64,000 bases of DNA, taken from positions 3,744,001 through 3,808,000 of the forward strand of contig OY970067.1 in NCBI GenBank assembly GCA_963705305.1, written 5' to 3'. Positions 9,704 through 19,402 of this stretch are shown here, piece by piece. The notes under the pieces were generated by a model. That model was given only the letters and a program-made list of their open reading frames with translations. It searched no databases and was not told the DNA's origin. Position 1 is the first letter of the stretch, and each line of letters opens with the position of its first letter. The position numbers and the translations under genes were made by a program. The DNA comes from an uncultured Methylomirabilota bacterium (lineage in GTDB: Bacteria > Methylomirabilota > Methylomirabilia > Methylomirabilales > 2-02-FULL-66-22).

Positions 9704-9960
9704 GGCCGCGACTGTAGCATGGCGGCAGGGGAGGGAGCAATGGGGCGCAGGGGCGCAGGGGGGCTGGGGTGAGGGGGAGATGGTTGTAGGTGCTGCAGTT
9801 CTATGTTTGACGGTTTTAAAATCTCGAACCGTCAACCTCGAACCTGGCGAGCCACGCGAGCCCTGGGCGCCCGCCGACACCTTAGAGTGCGCGCAAGGGC
9901 CCCCCGGACGGCCCGGCCCCCAATAGACCGCCGGACCGTCCGGACTTTTCATCGCGGAAG

Positions 9961-11295
9961 CTAGATGCCGTGGGAGGAGAGAGTGGCTGCTCTCCCGATG
10001 ACGGTGTCCTTCTCGAGGACAGAGACCTCAGGCTTCAACCAGAAAGCCCAAACGGCCGCGCCGAAGACGAGCAGGCAAGCGGCCACGATGAAGGGGGCCA
10101 CCCAGGAGCCGTATTGGACCAGGATGCCGAAAACCGTCGGCGAAAGCGCCCCCCCGATATTGCCGGACATGTTCATCATTCCGGAGACGGTCCCTGAGTA
10201 CTCCCCACCCACGTCCATGGGGACGGCCCAGGACGGCCCGATGGTGCACTCGAGGAAGAACATCGACCCGGTCAGGCAATAGACCGCGGTGTAGGCATTC
10301 GCCGTGAGCGCGGCCGGTACGATGAACGCCACGCAGCCCAGCATGCCCACGATGGCCACCACTCGCCGGGAGAAATTGGTCTTCCCGGTCTTTACAAGCA
10401 GGAAGTCGGTTGACCAGCCCCCGACGGAGTCGCCGACCACGCCCGCGAGAAGAGGTAGCGAGGCAAAGTAGCCCATCTTGAGCAGCGTGAAATGCCGGTA
10501 GTCCACGAGGTACGAGGGCAGCCACGACAGGAAGATCCAGAGGCAGTAGACGTAGGTGAAGTAGCCGGCCATGATCGCCCACATGTTGGGAGATCGCAAG
10601 AGCACCCTCCAGGGGACGGCTGGTTTCTTCTTGATGTCCAGCGTCTTGACGTTGCCCTTTTCATCCGTGCCGCGGATGTACGCCAGCTCGGCCGATCCCG
10701 CCCATCGGTGCTCTTCGGGCATGTTGCGATAGGTCAGGTACCAGAGCACCGACCAGAGAAAGCCTATCGCCCCGCAGAGGTAGAACACCCATCGCCACCC
10801 GAAAGCAAGCATGATGGCCACCGACACCGGAGGCGCGACGGCTGCCCCCAGACGGCTGGCGCTGTGGGAGACCCCCTGAGCGATGCCGCGCTCTTTCCGC
10901 GGATACCAGAGCTGCATGGCCCGGGTCGCCGTCGGAAATGCGCCAGCCTCGCCCACGCCGAAGAGGAAGCGAACAACCGTGAACGAAACGGCGCCCACGG
11001 CCCTGGCGGTCAGTGCGGTCATAATGGACCAATAGGTGACGATGCTCCCCAGCACGCCCCTCGGCCCGTACTTGTCCCCCATCCAGCCGCCCGGCACCTG
11101 GAATAGGGCATAGCTCCAGACGAAGGCACTGAAGATAATCCCCATGGTGATTTTGCTGAAGCCGAACTCCTTGCTGATCAGCGGCGCGGCCGCGGCGATA
11201 TTCACGCGATCGATGTAGGTCACCAAATACATCAGGCTGATCAAGAGCAACACGTACCAGCGTGCGATCCCTCTTTTCTCTTTTGTGGTATGCAT
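9961..11295 (-). CDS. MFS transporter, anion:cation symporter (sugar-acid) type
   Basis: YIDRVNI, FQVPGGWMGDKYGPR, GEAGAFP, WYPRKERG. Confidence 0.9.
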   Translation of the reverse strand: MHTTKEKRGIARWYVLLLISLMYLVTYIDRVNIAAAAPLISKEFGFSKITMGIIFSAFVWSYALFQVPGGWMGDKYGPRGVLGSIVTYWSIMTALTARAVGAVSFTVVRFLFGVGEAGAFPTATRAMQLWYPRKERGIAQGVSHSASRLGAAVAPPVSVAIMLAFGWRWVFYLCGAIGFLWSVLWYLTYRNMPEEHRWAGSAELAYIRGTDEKGNVKTLDIKKKPAVPWRVLLRSPNMWAIMAGYFTYVYCLWIFLSWLPSYLVDYRHFTLLKMGYFASLPLLAGVVGDSVGGWSTDFLLVKTGKTNFSRRVVAIVGMLGCVAFIVPAALTANAYTAVYCLTGSMFFLECTIGPSWAVPMDVGGEYSGTVSGMMNMSGNIGGALSPTVFGILVQYGSWVAPFIVAACLLVFGAAVWAFWLKPEVSVLEKDTVIGRAATLSSHGI

Positions 11296-11489
11296 AATCG
11301 CTCCCTTCCTCAAATGCCAGACCCTTCAAATCATTCCGGTGCCCATGCTTGCCACGACTATGGGCTTTGGCGAACAATTCTAGGTAAGCCCCCCCCAGCG
11401 GCGCATCGCCCGGCCGGGGGGATTTCGAGGAAATATTGGGGGGAGGGGCGGCTTGAGTGGGGGTCGTGAGGATCTGCCTACGGGAGATC

Positions 11490-11903
11490 TCACGGCCCGG
11501 GCAGTAAAGGAGCATCCAGCACCGCGCCGCCCCGGCAGACGGAGCGGATCATCTTCTTCAGGTCCGCTAGCTCCACATCCTTGACCAGGTAGCCCTTCGC
11601 GCCCGCCGCCAGGCTCCGCAGGACCAGGGCGTCTTGGACGTAGTTGGTCAGCATCACCACCGCCGTCCGGGGGGCGGCCTGGAGGACGCGGGCGCAGACC
11701 TCGGGGCCGTCGAGATCGCCCAACTTCACGTCCAGGAGCATCACCTCCGGCTGGGTCTCCTGCGCCACGCGGACGGCCTCCTCACCCGTCCGCGCCTCGC
11801 CGAGGACGGCCATGTCGGGCTCGGCGGCGAGCGCCAGGCGGAGCCCGTGCCGCACTACCTCGTGGTCGTCCACGATGACGATGCCGATCGTCTTCCGGCT
11901 CAC
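11490..11903 (-). pseudogene. NarL/FixJ-type response regulator, receiver domain only (LuxR HTH missing)
   Basis: IVDDHEVVRHGL, LLDVKL, GAKGYLVKD; ends seven residues after GGAVLD, where the linker and HTH normally follow; GTG start overlaps the kinase stop. Confidence 0.65.
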
Positions 11904-14020
11904 CCTGCGCCTCCTTGGCTGGCCCGCCGGGGGCAGACCGCGGCGATCGCAGCGCACAGCTCGTCCGCCTCCACGGGCTTGGAAAGATAGCAATCGAACC
12001 CCGCCAGCAGGGCGCGATCCCGGTCCTGGCCGGAGGCGCTGGCCGTCAACGCCACGGCGGGGATCGCGCGCTGGGACGTCACTTCGCTCGCTCGCAGATC
12101 CGCGATGAAGGTCAAGCCGTCCTCGTCTGGCATCGCGATGTCGCAGAGCAGCACATCTGGCCGGGACAGCTGCAGCACCTCCCGGGCGTCGTGGGCAGAG
12201 GGGACGCCGGTCACCTCGGCGCCATGCCGGCGCAGCACAGCCGTCAGCACCTCGACGGTCTTGGCATCGTCATCCACCACCAGCACGTGCATCCCAGCAA
12301 GGGTTGCGGAATCGACAGAGGACGCCTTCGAGGCTGCGGCCGGCGACCCCGTCGACGAACCGTCGCCCTCCGCGAGCGGCAGGTCCACGGTGAAGGTCGC
12401 CCCTCGATTTTCACCTGCACTGCGCGCGGAAACGCGGCCGCCGTGCAGCTCGACAAGGTGGCGCACCATGAAGAGTCCCAGGCCGAGCCCTGCGTGGGCC
12501 CGCCCGCCCGCATCCTGTTGAAAGCGCTCGAACAGCCGGGGGAGAAACTCCGGTGCGATGCCCTTACCCGTGTCGGTTACAATGATCCGCGCGCTGTCCC
12601 CCGCCTGGAGCAACGTCACGTCGATCCGCCCCCCTTCAGGCGTGAACTGCACGGCATTGGAGAGCAGATTCCCGATCACTTGTCCCAGACGGGCTGGATC
12701 CCCCGTGACGGGCCCGACGTCTTGGTCCGTGTAGACATTGAGCGTGATGCACTTGGCAGCCGCGAGCGGCCGGTGCGAGTTGACGGCGAGCTCCACGATC
12801 CGGGCAAGATCGACGGTGCGCATATCCAAGATGAGCTTGCCCGCCATGATGCGGCTGACGTCCAGCAAGTCGGCGATGAGCCGATTTTGCAGGACGGCGT
12901 TCTCCTCGATGATCTCGAGCGCCTGCTGCACCGTGGCGGCATCGATCACCCCGGCGCGGAGCAGCCGGACCCAGAGGAGAACGACGTTCAACGGGCTTCG
13001 CAGCTCATGGGACAGGATTGCCAGGAACTCGTCCTTGCGGCGGTCGGCTTCCTTGATCGCCTCTTCCGCCTGCTTGCGCTCTGTGATGTCCAGACTCACG
13101 CCGATCATCCGCGCGGGCCGGCCCCGCTCGTCGGGCAGGATTTTGCCTTTCCGCAACAACCAGCGGGTGCTCCCGTCGGGCCAGCGGGTGCGGAATTCGC
13201 TCTCGTACTCTGTCCGCCGTGCGACCGCGCTGGCGATCGCCAGGAGTGCCCGCTCCCGATCATCCGGATGGATCAGATTCAAGACATCATCGAATGTTCC
13301 ATCGGCGGGTCCTGGGGCTTCCCCGCGCCTCGCCTCACCGAATGCCGGCGAGCCGAGCTCGTCCGTTGGAATGTTCCAGTCCCAGGTGGCCATGCGGCCG
13401 GCATCTAGGGCCAGCCGAAGCCGTTCCTCACTCTGCTTGCGCTCGGCCACCTCGTGCTCCAACGCCTTCTGGCGGTCTCGCGCGTCAGACGCGGCACTTT
13501 CATACCGACCATGCGCGGCCCGCATCGCTTCGGCAAAGCCGGTGATAATGAGGCACGACATGAGATAGAGGGGCAGGCCGAGGAACTCGGCCGCTCCCGG
13601 GAAGCCGAACGCCCCTCGAGGCTCGATAAAGAAATAGTTAGCGACCACATAGCCCAGGCCAGTGGTAAGCACGGCCGGCCCGTAGCCGCCGTACCAAGCC
13701 GCCAAGGCCACCGCGCCATACAGGGTCGGGAATGGCTCGGCATGGCCCAGCAAGGGGTCCATCGCCCAGCGGACGGCCAGCGCGGCGGCGGTGGCCGCAA
13801 TCGCGACAGCGTATGCCAGTGGCGTGTGGGTGGTTCGCCGGGCTGTAAGGATCCGAAGTACGATCGAGTTGCGAATGGCGGACGAAAACCCGGAGCCGTG
13901 AGGGCGGGAAGAGGGAGGAGGATCTTGCTGCGGTTCCGACGCGAAGCCGTCGGGACGATCAGCTGCTGCCATGCGGTCCACCTGCTCGTGGAAAAAGGAT
14001 CGTGGGGCCCAACGCTGCAT
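11900..14020 (-). CDS. Hybrid sensor histidine kinase (membrane DUF4118-like, PAS, HisKA, HATPase, receiver)
   Basis: SHELRSPL, NLLSNA, DTGKG, GLGLGL, C-terminal VVDDD...CDIAMP...SKP; start codon uncertain. Confidence 0.92.
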   Translation of the reverse strand: MQRWAPRSFFHEQVDRMAAADRPDGFASEPQQDPPPSSRPHGSGFSSAIRNSIVLRILTARRTTHTPLAYAVAIAATAAALAVRWAMDPLLGHAEPFPTLYGAVALAAWYGGYGPAVLTTGLGYVVANYFFIEPRGAFGFPGAAEFLGLPLYLMSCLIITGFAEAMRAAHGRYESAASDARDRQKALEHEVAERKQSEERLRLALDAGRMATWDWNIPTDELGSPAFGEARRGEAPGPADGTFDDVLNLIHPDDRERALLAIASAVARRTEYESEFRTRWPDGSTRWLLRKGKILPDERGRPARMIGVSLDITERKQAEEAIKEADRRKDEFLAILSHELRSPLNVVLLWVRLLRAGVIDAATVQQALEIIEENAVLQNRLIADLLDVSRIMAGKLILDMRTVDLARIVELAVNSHRPLAAAKCITLNVYTDQDVGPVTGDPARLGQVIGNLLSNAVQFTPEGGRIDVTLLQAGDSARIIVTDTGKGIAPEFLPRLFERFQQDAGGRAHAGLGLGLFMVRHLVELHGGRVSARSAGENRGATFTVDLPLAEGDGSSTGSPAAASKASSVDSATLAGMHVLVVDDDAKTVEVLTAVLRRHGAEVTGVPSAHDAREVLQLSRPDVLLCDIAMPDEDGLTFIADLRASEVTSQRAIPAVALTASASGQDRDRALLAGFDCYLSKPVEADELCAAIAAVCPRRASQGGAG

Positions 14021-14173
14021 AAGGATTCCCCAACTGTCCTGTTCTGCGGCATTCTATGGTGAAGGGTGATTCATTGTAAAGGCGGTTTCTCGCCCTGCCT
14101 GGGGTAAGGAACGGTTCTAGGTGCTGCGGTGAAAAACGGTTCTGTGTGCTGCAGTTCGAGGTGCGGCGGTTTT

Positions 14174-14270
14174 CAAACCTCGAACCTCGAACCTTGAACT
14201 TAGAACCCTAACGCTCGAACCGCGACGCTCAAGCCTAGGACCTCGAACGTGAAACGTCGAACGTAGCGAA
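14174..14270. repeat. Degenerate heptamer tandem repeats (AACCTCG-like)
   Basis: aacctcg aacctcg aaccttg aacttag...; a related tract with the same GTGCTGCAGTTC lead-in lies at about 9790-9846. Confidence 0.65.
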
Positions 14271-14300
14271 CCACGCCATGCGTGGGAGCCTGCCGACGCC

Positions 14301-14329
14301 TTGAATCCCTTGGAGGCTTGGGGTATGCT
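14301..14329 (+). promoter_or_regulatory. Promoter of rnpB (TTGAAT-17-TATGCT)
   Basis: Canonical spacing; -10 ends 7 nt before the RNA 5' stem. Confidence 0.6.
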
Positions 14330-14336
14330 GGGGTCG

Positions 14337-14749
14337 GCCGGAGAGGGCCGGGTGGTCGCTCTTTCCGCCGCGAGGCGGGGAGAGAGGAAAGTCCGGACTC
14401 CGCAGGGCGGGGTGGTCGGTAACGCCGACCGGGGGTGACCCTAGGGAAAGTGCCACAGAAAACATACCGCCCCGAGCAAGGCCCGCGAGGGCCGCGTCGA
14501 GGGGTAAGGGTGAAAAGGTGCGGTAAGAGCGCACCGCGGCCCCGGTGACGGGGCCGGCATGGCAAACCCCACCCGGAGCAAGGCCAAATAGGGGAGCATC
14601 CCCGCCGGCAACGGCGGGGTCGTAGGGTGGTCCCGCCCGAGACTCCCGGGTTGGCCGCTTGAGGCCGCCGGCAACGGCGGTCCCAGAGAAATGATCACCG
14701 GCTCCGGCAACGGAGCGTCACAGAATCCGGCTTATAGGCCCTCTCCGGC
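14337..14749 (+). ncRNA. rnpB: RNase P RNA, bacterial class A
   Basis: GAGGAAAGTCCGG, GAAAGTGCCACAGAA, GGTAAGAGCGCACC, GGCAAACCCC, GAGCAAG, ACAGAATCCGGCTTA; P1 pairing GCCGGAGAGGGCC/GGCCCTCTCCGGC followed by a T tract. Confidence 0.97.
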
Positions 14750-15492
14750 TTTTTTATGCCTAACTATCGGAAATCATTGTGAAAAAAATCTAGGCATGGA
14801 TTTTGAGGTCTGAAGGTCCTAGAAACCAGGATTCTGTGTCCTTCGTTTCTGCCTCTAGAAAATGTACGATCTGACTCCACGATCTTCGCTATCGTTTATC
14901 GTGGAGCCTTGAATTGTTGAATGTCCAAGATCCAAGATACCCACCAGGATCTCTCCTGATTCGTGTTCATCTGCCTTTTCAAACCGGGAAAAAGTCTCGG
15001 GGGCTATACCTTGGATACCCAATCCCCCGATAAGCGATTTCTGGAGGCATACAGCACGTCAGGAACGGAATCTTTAAGCTGCCGGTAACCCGTTTTGCTG
15101 ATCCGGGAATCCTGCAGATCCGATCAAGCCGACCACCCGTTTTTGGACTAAGCCCACCTCCTGAGCAGCCAATATTTTCCTCGACAGCTTCAGTAGGATT
15201 ATCGCAGCCGGATATAATCCTTCCTGGACAGCCATATCTCACTGTGCCGGTCCTCTTTCGTCATCTCGGTATGCGTTTTCTGCCATCCGTGTTCCCGTGG
15301 TCCGGGATAAGGGTAGTTTGCCTTGACAACCCGGCATGCCCTCCGATACGCTCCTACCAACGATCTGCTCGCCCTTTCTACAACGATTCAGTGGGTCCCA
15401 TGCGGACCTATTGCCAGATATGGGCATTCGGCCACAAACCAGAAGAGCGCAGTTCGCTTCCTAAGTATCCAGGAAATGGGACCTGACTCGCA

Positions 15493-17196
15493 ATGAATCA
15501 AAATGAAATTACTAAAGAAGCCGAATGGCTACGCCACGTTGACCTGATCGACTTTATGCAATCGGATGCGCTTCATTCTCCATGGTTCCCAGCATTCAAA
15601 AGTACGAAGTCCGAGCGGGAAGAGACGCGCTGGTTTTCTGCGCTTGTTCCGGTATCCCAGGTTTCCGTCCTGGTTTCGAACTCCCACGGGTGGGATATCG
15701 GTCCATCTGATGGCTCGCCCTCTATCTGGACACATTATGGGGGGAGCAAAGTGGTGGAACGTAGATACTGTCCTTACGGGAACGAGGAAGGTATCGAGCC
15801 CATTGTGATTTATAGGTCCTTTCACGGAATGCGGCGAGAAGGGTTGGAGTTGGCTCAGGAATTCCGGCTTTTCCACAACCTCTACGAAGACTCCAAGCGG
15901 AACCAATACCTTAAGTTCGACTCTAATGGTGATGAGGCAGTCGCAGTCCGGTATGGGGACAGCCACGTCGAGATTCTCACTGATTTACTACGAGAATTCT
16001 GTGATGCAAAGCAAATGGCGCTCGCTGTATACCTCGAGAGTTTTCGCTATAGCGAGAGGACTCTTGAGGAACTTGGACTGGAAGAGCAGCGAACCGAATG
16101 GCAGGGTGACCGCTACAAGTTTAGTCTTGCGATTGTCCCCAAAGATGGGATGTTCCAGCGGGCTGACGTCGAATCGCGCGGGCTTATGATAGGTGCGAAG
16201 AAGTATATTTTGCCCGGATCGATGCCAGCCGAAAATGACAAAGAATCAGAATCCTTCCAAGAGTTCATCATAGGTGAGGATGCTAAAGGCAGACCCGTAA
16301 AGCACTCATGTGATCCCAGCGGTCTCGCGAATTATTTCGGAAAGAACCCGGAGGCGCCCCATTACCTGACACCCGTGTTCTTTAGGCCAGAAGTGCTCGG
16401 CAAGTACTACCAGGAACCTGACAAATATTCGGTGGAAGACGGGTATCTCAGATGTGGAAGCCTTTGGGGGTTGCGGCTGGACAATGACAATCCAGATCAC
16501 ATAATGGTTTTCCTCGGCGATCTCGGGACTGACCTCTCAGAGAAGGAGCGCAATTATTGGTTGAACTTCAATATCTCTCCGCAAGGGCGCGGGATGAGCA
16601 AGACAACATTTAGGCGATCCTTCATGGCAGAATTTGCTGATCCATCTCGCCCTGACCACGCATTCAAGCATGTCTACACACGATTTTGTCATGAGTACCG
16701 AAAGAAATATGGGTGGGACCTCTTTTTACCTCTTCATAGTGACGATCAGCATTTTCTCACAGCGTTGCACCTTCCAGCGAATGACAATCAGGCGGATTTC
16801 GATGGTCAGTTGATAGCCTTGACCAAGATTCTTATCGATTGTCTCAATGAAAGGGAAATTGCCAAGCATGTTCAGAACATTGCTCAGGGCGACAAGGGCA
16901 TTACGAAGCTTGAACACTTTTTGTTGGAGCGGTCGCTAGATGGATTTGAGAAACACATCAGATTTCTTCGGATCTTACAGGACTTGCGCTCAAAATCGGC
17001 TGCGCACCGCAAAGGTTCCGAATATGAGAAATTGATCTCTCAACTTGCACTCAAAGATGAAGGCCAGAAGGTTATATTTGGCAAGCTTCTGGTCGCGGGT
17101 TGCCGCTTTCTCGAATACCTTTTCACGAAGCTATGCGGGGGTTCAACCTCGCGAGACCAGAGCCAACCCCAATGCGGTACATCGGACAAGGAATGA
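15493..17196 (+). CDS. Hypothetical 567-aa protein with a C-terminal HEPN-like RxxxxxH motif
   Basis: Long ORF in an AT-richer island; LQDLRSKSAAH in a predicted helical C-terminus. Confidence 0.6.
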   Translation: MNQNEITKEAEWLRHVDLIDFMQSDALHSPWFPAFKSTKSEREETRWFSALVPVSQVSVLVSNSHGWDIGPSDGSPSIWTHYGGSKVVERRYCPYGNEEGIEPIVIYRSFHGMRREGLELAQEFRLFHNLYEDSKRNQYLKFDSNGDEAVAVRYGDSHVEILTDLLREFCDAKQMALAVYLESFRYSERTLEELGLEEQRTEWQGDRYKFSLAIVPKDGMFQRADVESRGLMIGAKKYILPGSMPAENDKESESFQEFIIGEDAKGRPVKHSCDPSGLANYFGKNPEAPHYLTPVFFRPEVLGKYYQEPDKYSVEDGYLRCGSLWGLRLDNDNPDHIMVFLGDLGTDLSEKERNYWLNFNISPQGRGMSKTTFRRSFMAEFADPSRPDHAFKHVYTRFCHEYRKKYGWDLFLPLHSDDQHFLTALHLPANDNQADFDGQLIALTKILIDCLNEREIAKHVQNIAQGDKGITKLEHFLLERSLDGFEKHIRFLRILQDLRSKSAAHRKGSEYEKLISQLALKDEGQKVIFGKLLVAGCRFLEYLFTKLCGGSTSRDQSQPQCGTSDKE

Positions 17197-17669
17197 CCAA
17201 ATAGCGAACAACGGCGGGAACCAGTAGCTCATTCAGCGGGGTGTTTGCTCTTTGCGGGCCTGTCTCGCTCTCCCTGCTCGGAAGGTTCCCGCCCGCACTA
17301 GTGATATTCCTTCCATCTATTGCCTACATTCGCCTTTTTTGGAAACCTGGGTAATATTCGAATCCCACCCCTCATTTTATCTGCCAACATCTTCCCTATG
17401 TGACGAGATCCGCAACAATAAGGTATTGTATTTCCTCATGTTATCGAAACGGAAACGATTGTGGTTGACAGCCAATAAGTTAAGCGATACTTTTCCTTTT
17501 ACAACCCGCTGATTTCTCTTCTGTCATCCCGGGGGTGTTATGCAGACACTATATAACATCCCGATCATTGTTTTCCTTGTGTCTAGGTCCTTGCCTTATC
17601 GCTGCCTTTCCAATCACCATGACAGGGAGCACGGTTGTCTCTTCAATAATGCCTTAACGGACGAGTAAC

Positions 17670-18448
17670 ATGGAAGATGGGTATGCTGGTGACGTGGGAG
17701 ACTTCAGTAAGTTTGCATTGCTAAAGTCGTTATTTGGCTGCGCAAATCGTACAATCGGTGTTACTTCGTTCCTCTTTCCGAACGAATCTCAACGAAACGA
17801 TGGAAGGTATGTCGATAACGTCGATCAGCAACGCTTTTTTTGGCTGATGAAGGTCTTTGTAAGCGATTGAAGAAAATCTTGGCTGGTAAAAGATGTGTCG
17901 CCTCCCTCGAAAAAGCAGGATTGCTTCCGGACAGCACCGTTTATTTCTCTGAACCGCCTTACTTTCATATAAGTTATCCCAGCCAAAGCTATAAAGACAA
18001 AACAGAGAGGGAATTCCAGAGAAAACAGTGGCTGAAGAAGGCGACTAATACTGTCTTGGAATGCAGGGTGTTGTCTCTTGATCCTGACAATGGTTTGCAA
18101 GTAAAATCGTGTCCAAGGATAAGTCAAAAAAAGTCCGGCAAATTTGCCTATTATTCTGAGATTTCGGAACTATGGAGAGACAAATCTGTCTGCGTCATTT
18201 ATCACCATGTCAATCGTCATGGAACACATTCAGAAGAAATTAGAGCAAGGGTTCAGGAATTGAAAACGCAAATCAAACCTTCAGGTAGGATATTTGCATT
18301 GCGCTTCTGGCCGTATAGTCCACGAACGTATTTTATCCTTACAGCGTCAGAGGAAGAAGCGAGCTGTATCATAGATCGAATTGATCATTTCTTACAGAGT
18401 GCATGCGGTAAGTTCTGGGATTGTTATCAGGAGGATGAGAACGCATAA
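17670..18448 (+). CDS. Hypothetical RlmJ-like/SAM-methyltransferase-like protein, frameshifted at a T7 run (about 17835-17841)
   Basis: N-terminal YAGDVGDFSKFALL and later LDPDNG; removing one T joins ORF 17670 to ORF 17840. Confidence 0.5.
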
Positions 18449-18616
18449 GAGATGGCTTTGTCATCAGTATCCTTTCACCAATGCTCTAAAGTGATTGTTA
18501 TGGTCGAATGTAAAGCGAGTGCATAGACGGAATAGGGTAAACTTGACAAATGCCCAGGAAGCGAATATACATGAAACACACATAAACCTTTTCCGTCCAC
18601 CCATTAAGGAGGATCT

Positions 18617-18897
18617 ATGGCTCTCCAATTAAAGGCAGTTCTCGGTAAGGCACTGCGGGAACTAGAAAAGGAACGAGTAAAGGTAGATCGACAAATTGCA
18701 GCAGTTCAGGCAGTCTTGGGAGCATCAGATAGCGAGAAATCCTCACCCGTAAAAGCCAGATCCCGTAAAACGCGAATGATGAGTGCGGCAGCAAGATGGC
18801 GCATAAGCCTGCCTCTGAAATCAGTCTACGATGTTGTGGCGGCGCCCACCTAGCCATGAAAAAACGGTGGGCAGATCGGAAGAAGGCTGATGGTTAA
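18617..18897 (+). pseudogene. Small basic protein (MSAAARxRISxAMKKRWAxRKK type) disrupted by a 41-bp insertion
   Basis: TTGACA at 18543 and RBS TAAGGAGGA; deleting 18811-18851 gives ...RISLAMKKRWADRKKADG*. Confidence 0.65.
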
Positions 18898-19402
18898 CCA
18901 GGAAGAGAGAGGCTAAGGCTAGACCGGAAAAGGAGTGTAATTAAATGGTTACACAATCTATGCAAGGAAGTGAGTTACGGATTGCGCCATTCTTTCGTCG
19001 TTGAGGAAAGGTGAAGAGCGTATTGGCAGGGGTTATATCGACACGGCCGATCTGCATGAACTAAAGGAGAAGATCGAGACAGGTGGCCGGTTTCTTCCTA
19101 CTCGAGTCTTGATCAGATCGATATCGGTGTCTAGGGGACCACTGCAAGAGCATGTCAGAAAAGCACCCACGCCAATTATGATCAAAATTGGGAGGGCAGT
19201 CTTACAGATGAGGAGGTTATACGGTACCTGCCCGCATTTAAGAGTGCCATTCAAGTTCCGGTTTACGTTCTCGGGATCGAGCTATAGCTTCCAGCCACTG
19301 ACATGGATGGATTCAAGTCTGAGTTCGACCCATCGTATGACCGTGCGCTGATACGCAGGTTGAGCCTCTGCTCCTTTCCACGTCTTCGGGGTTGTCGCGC
19401 AG

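Noticed and set aside
14174..14270. Possible CRISPR array in tandem repeats (also 53714-54066 and 61462-61510)
   Set aside because: Units are 7-9 bp and degenerate, there are no unique spacers, and no cas genes are present.
14200..14710. Minus-strand ORFs over 14.2-14.7 kb
   Set aside because: They are antisense shadows of the RNase P RNA gene.
14979..15486. Short ORFs at the start of the island (also 19001-19351)
   Set aside because: No motifs, RBS or consistent coding signal.
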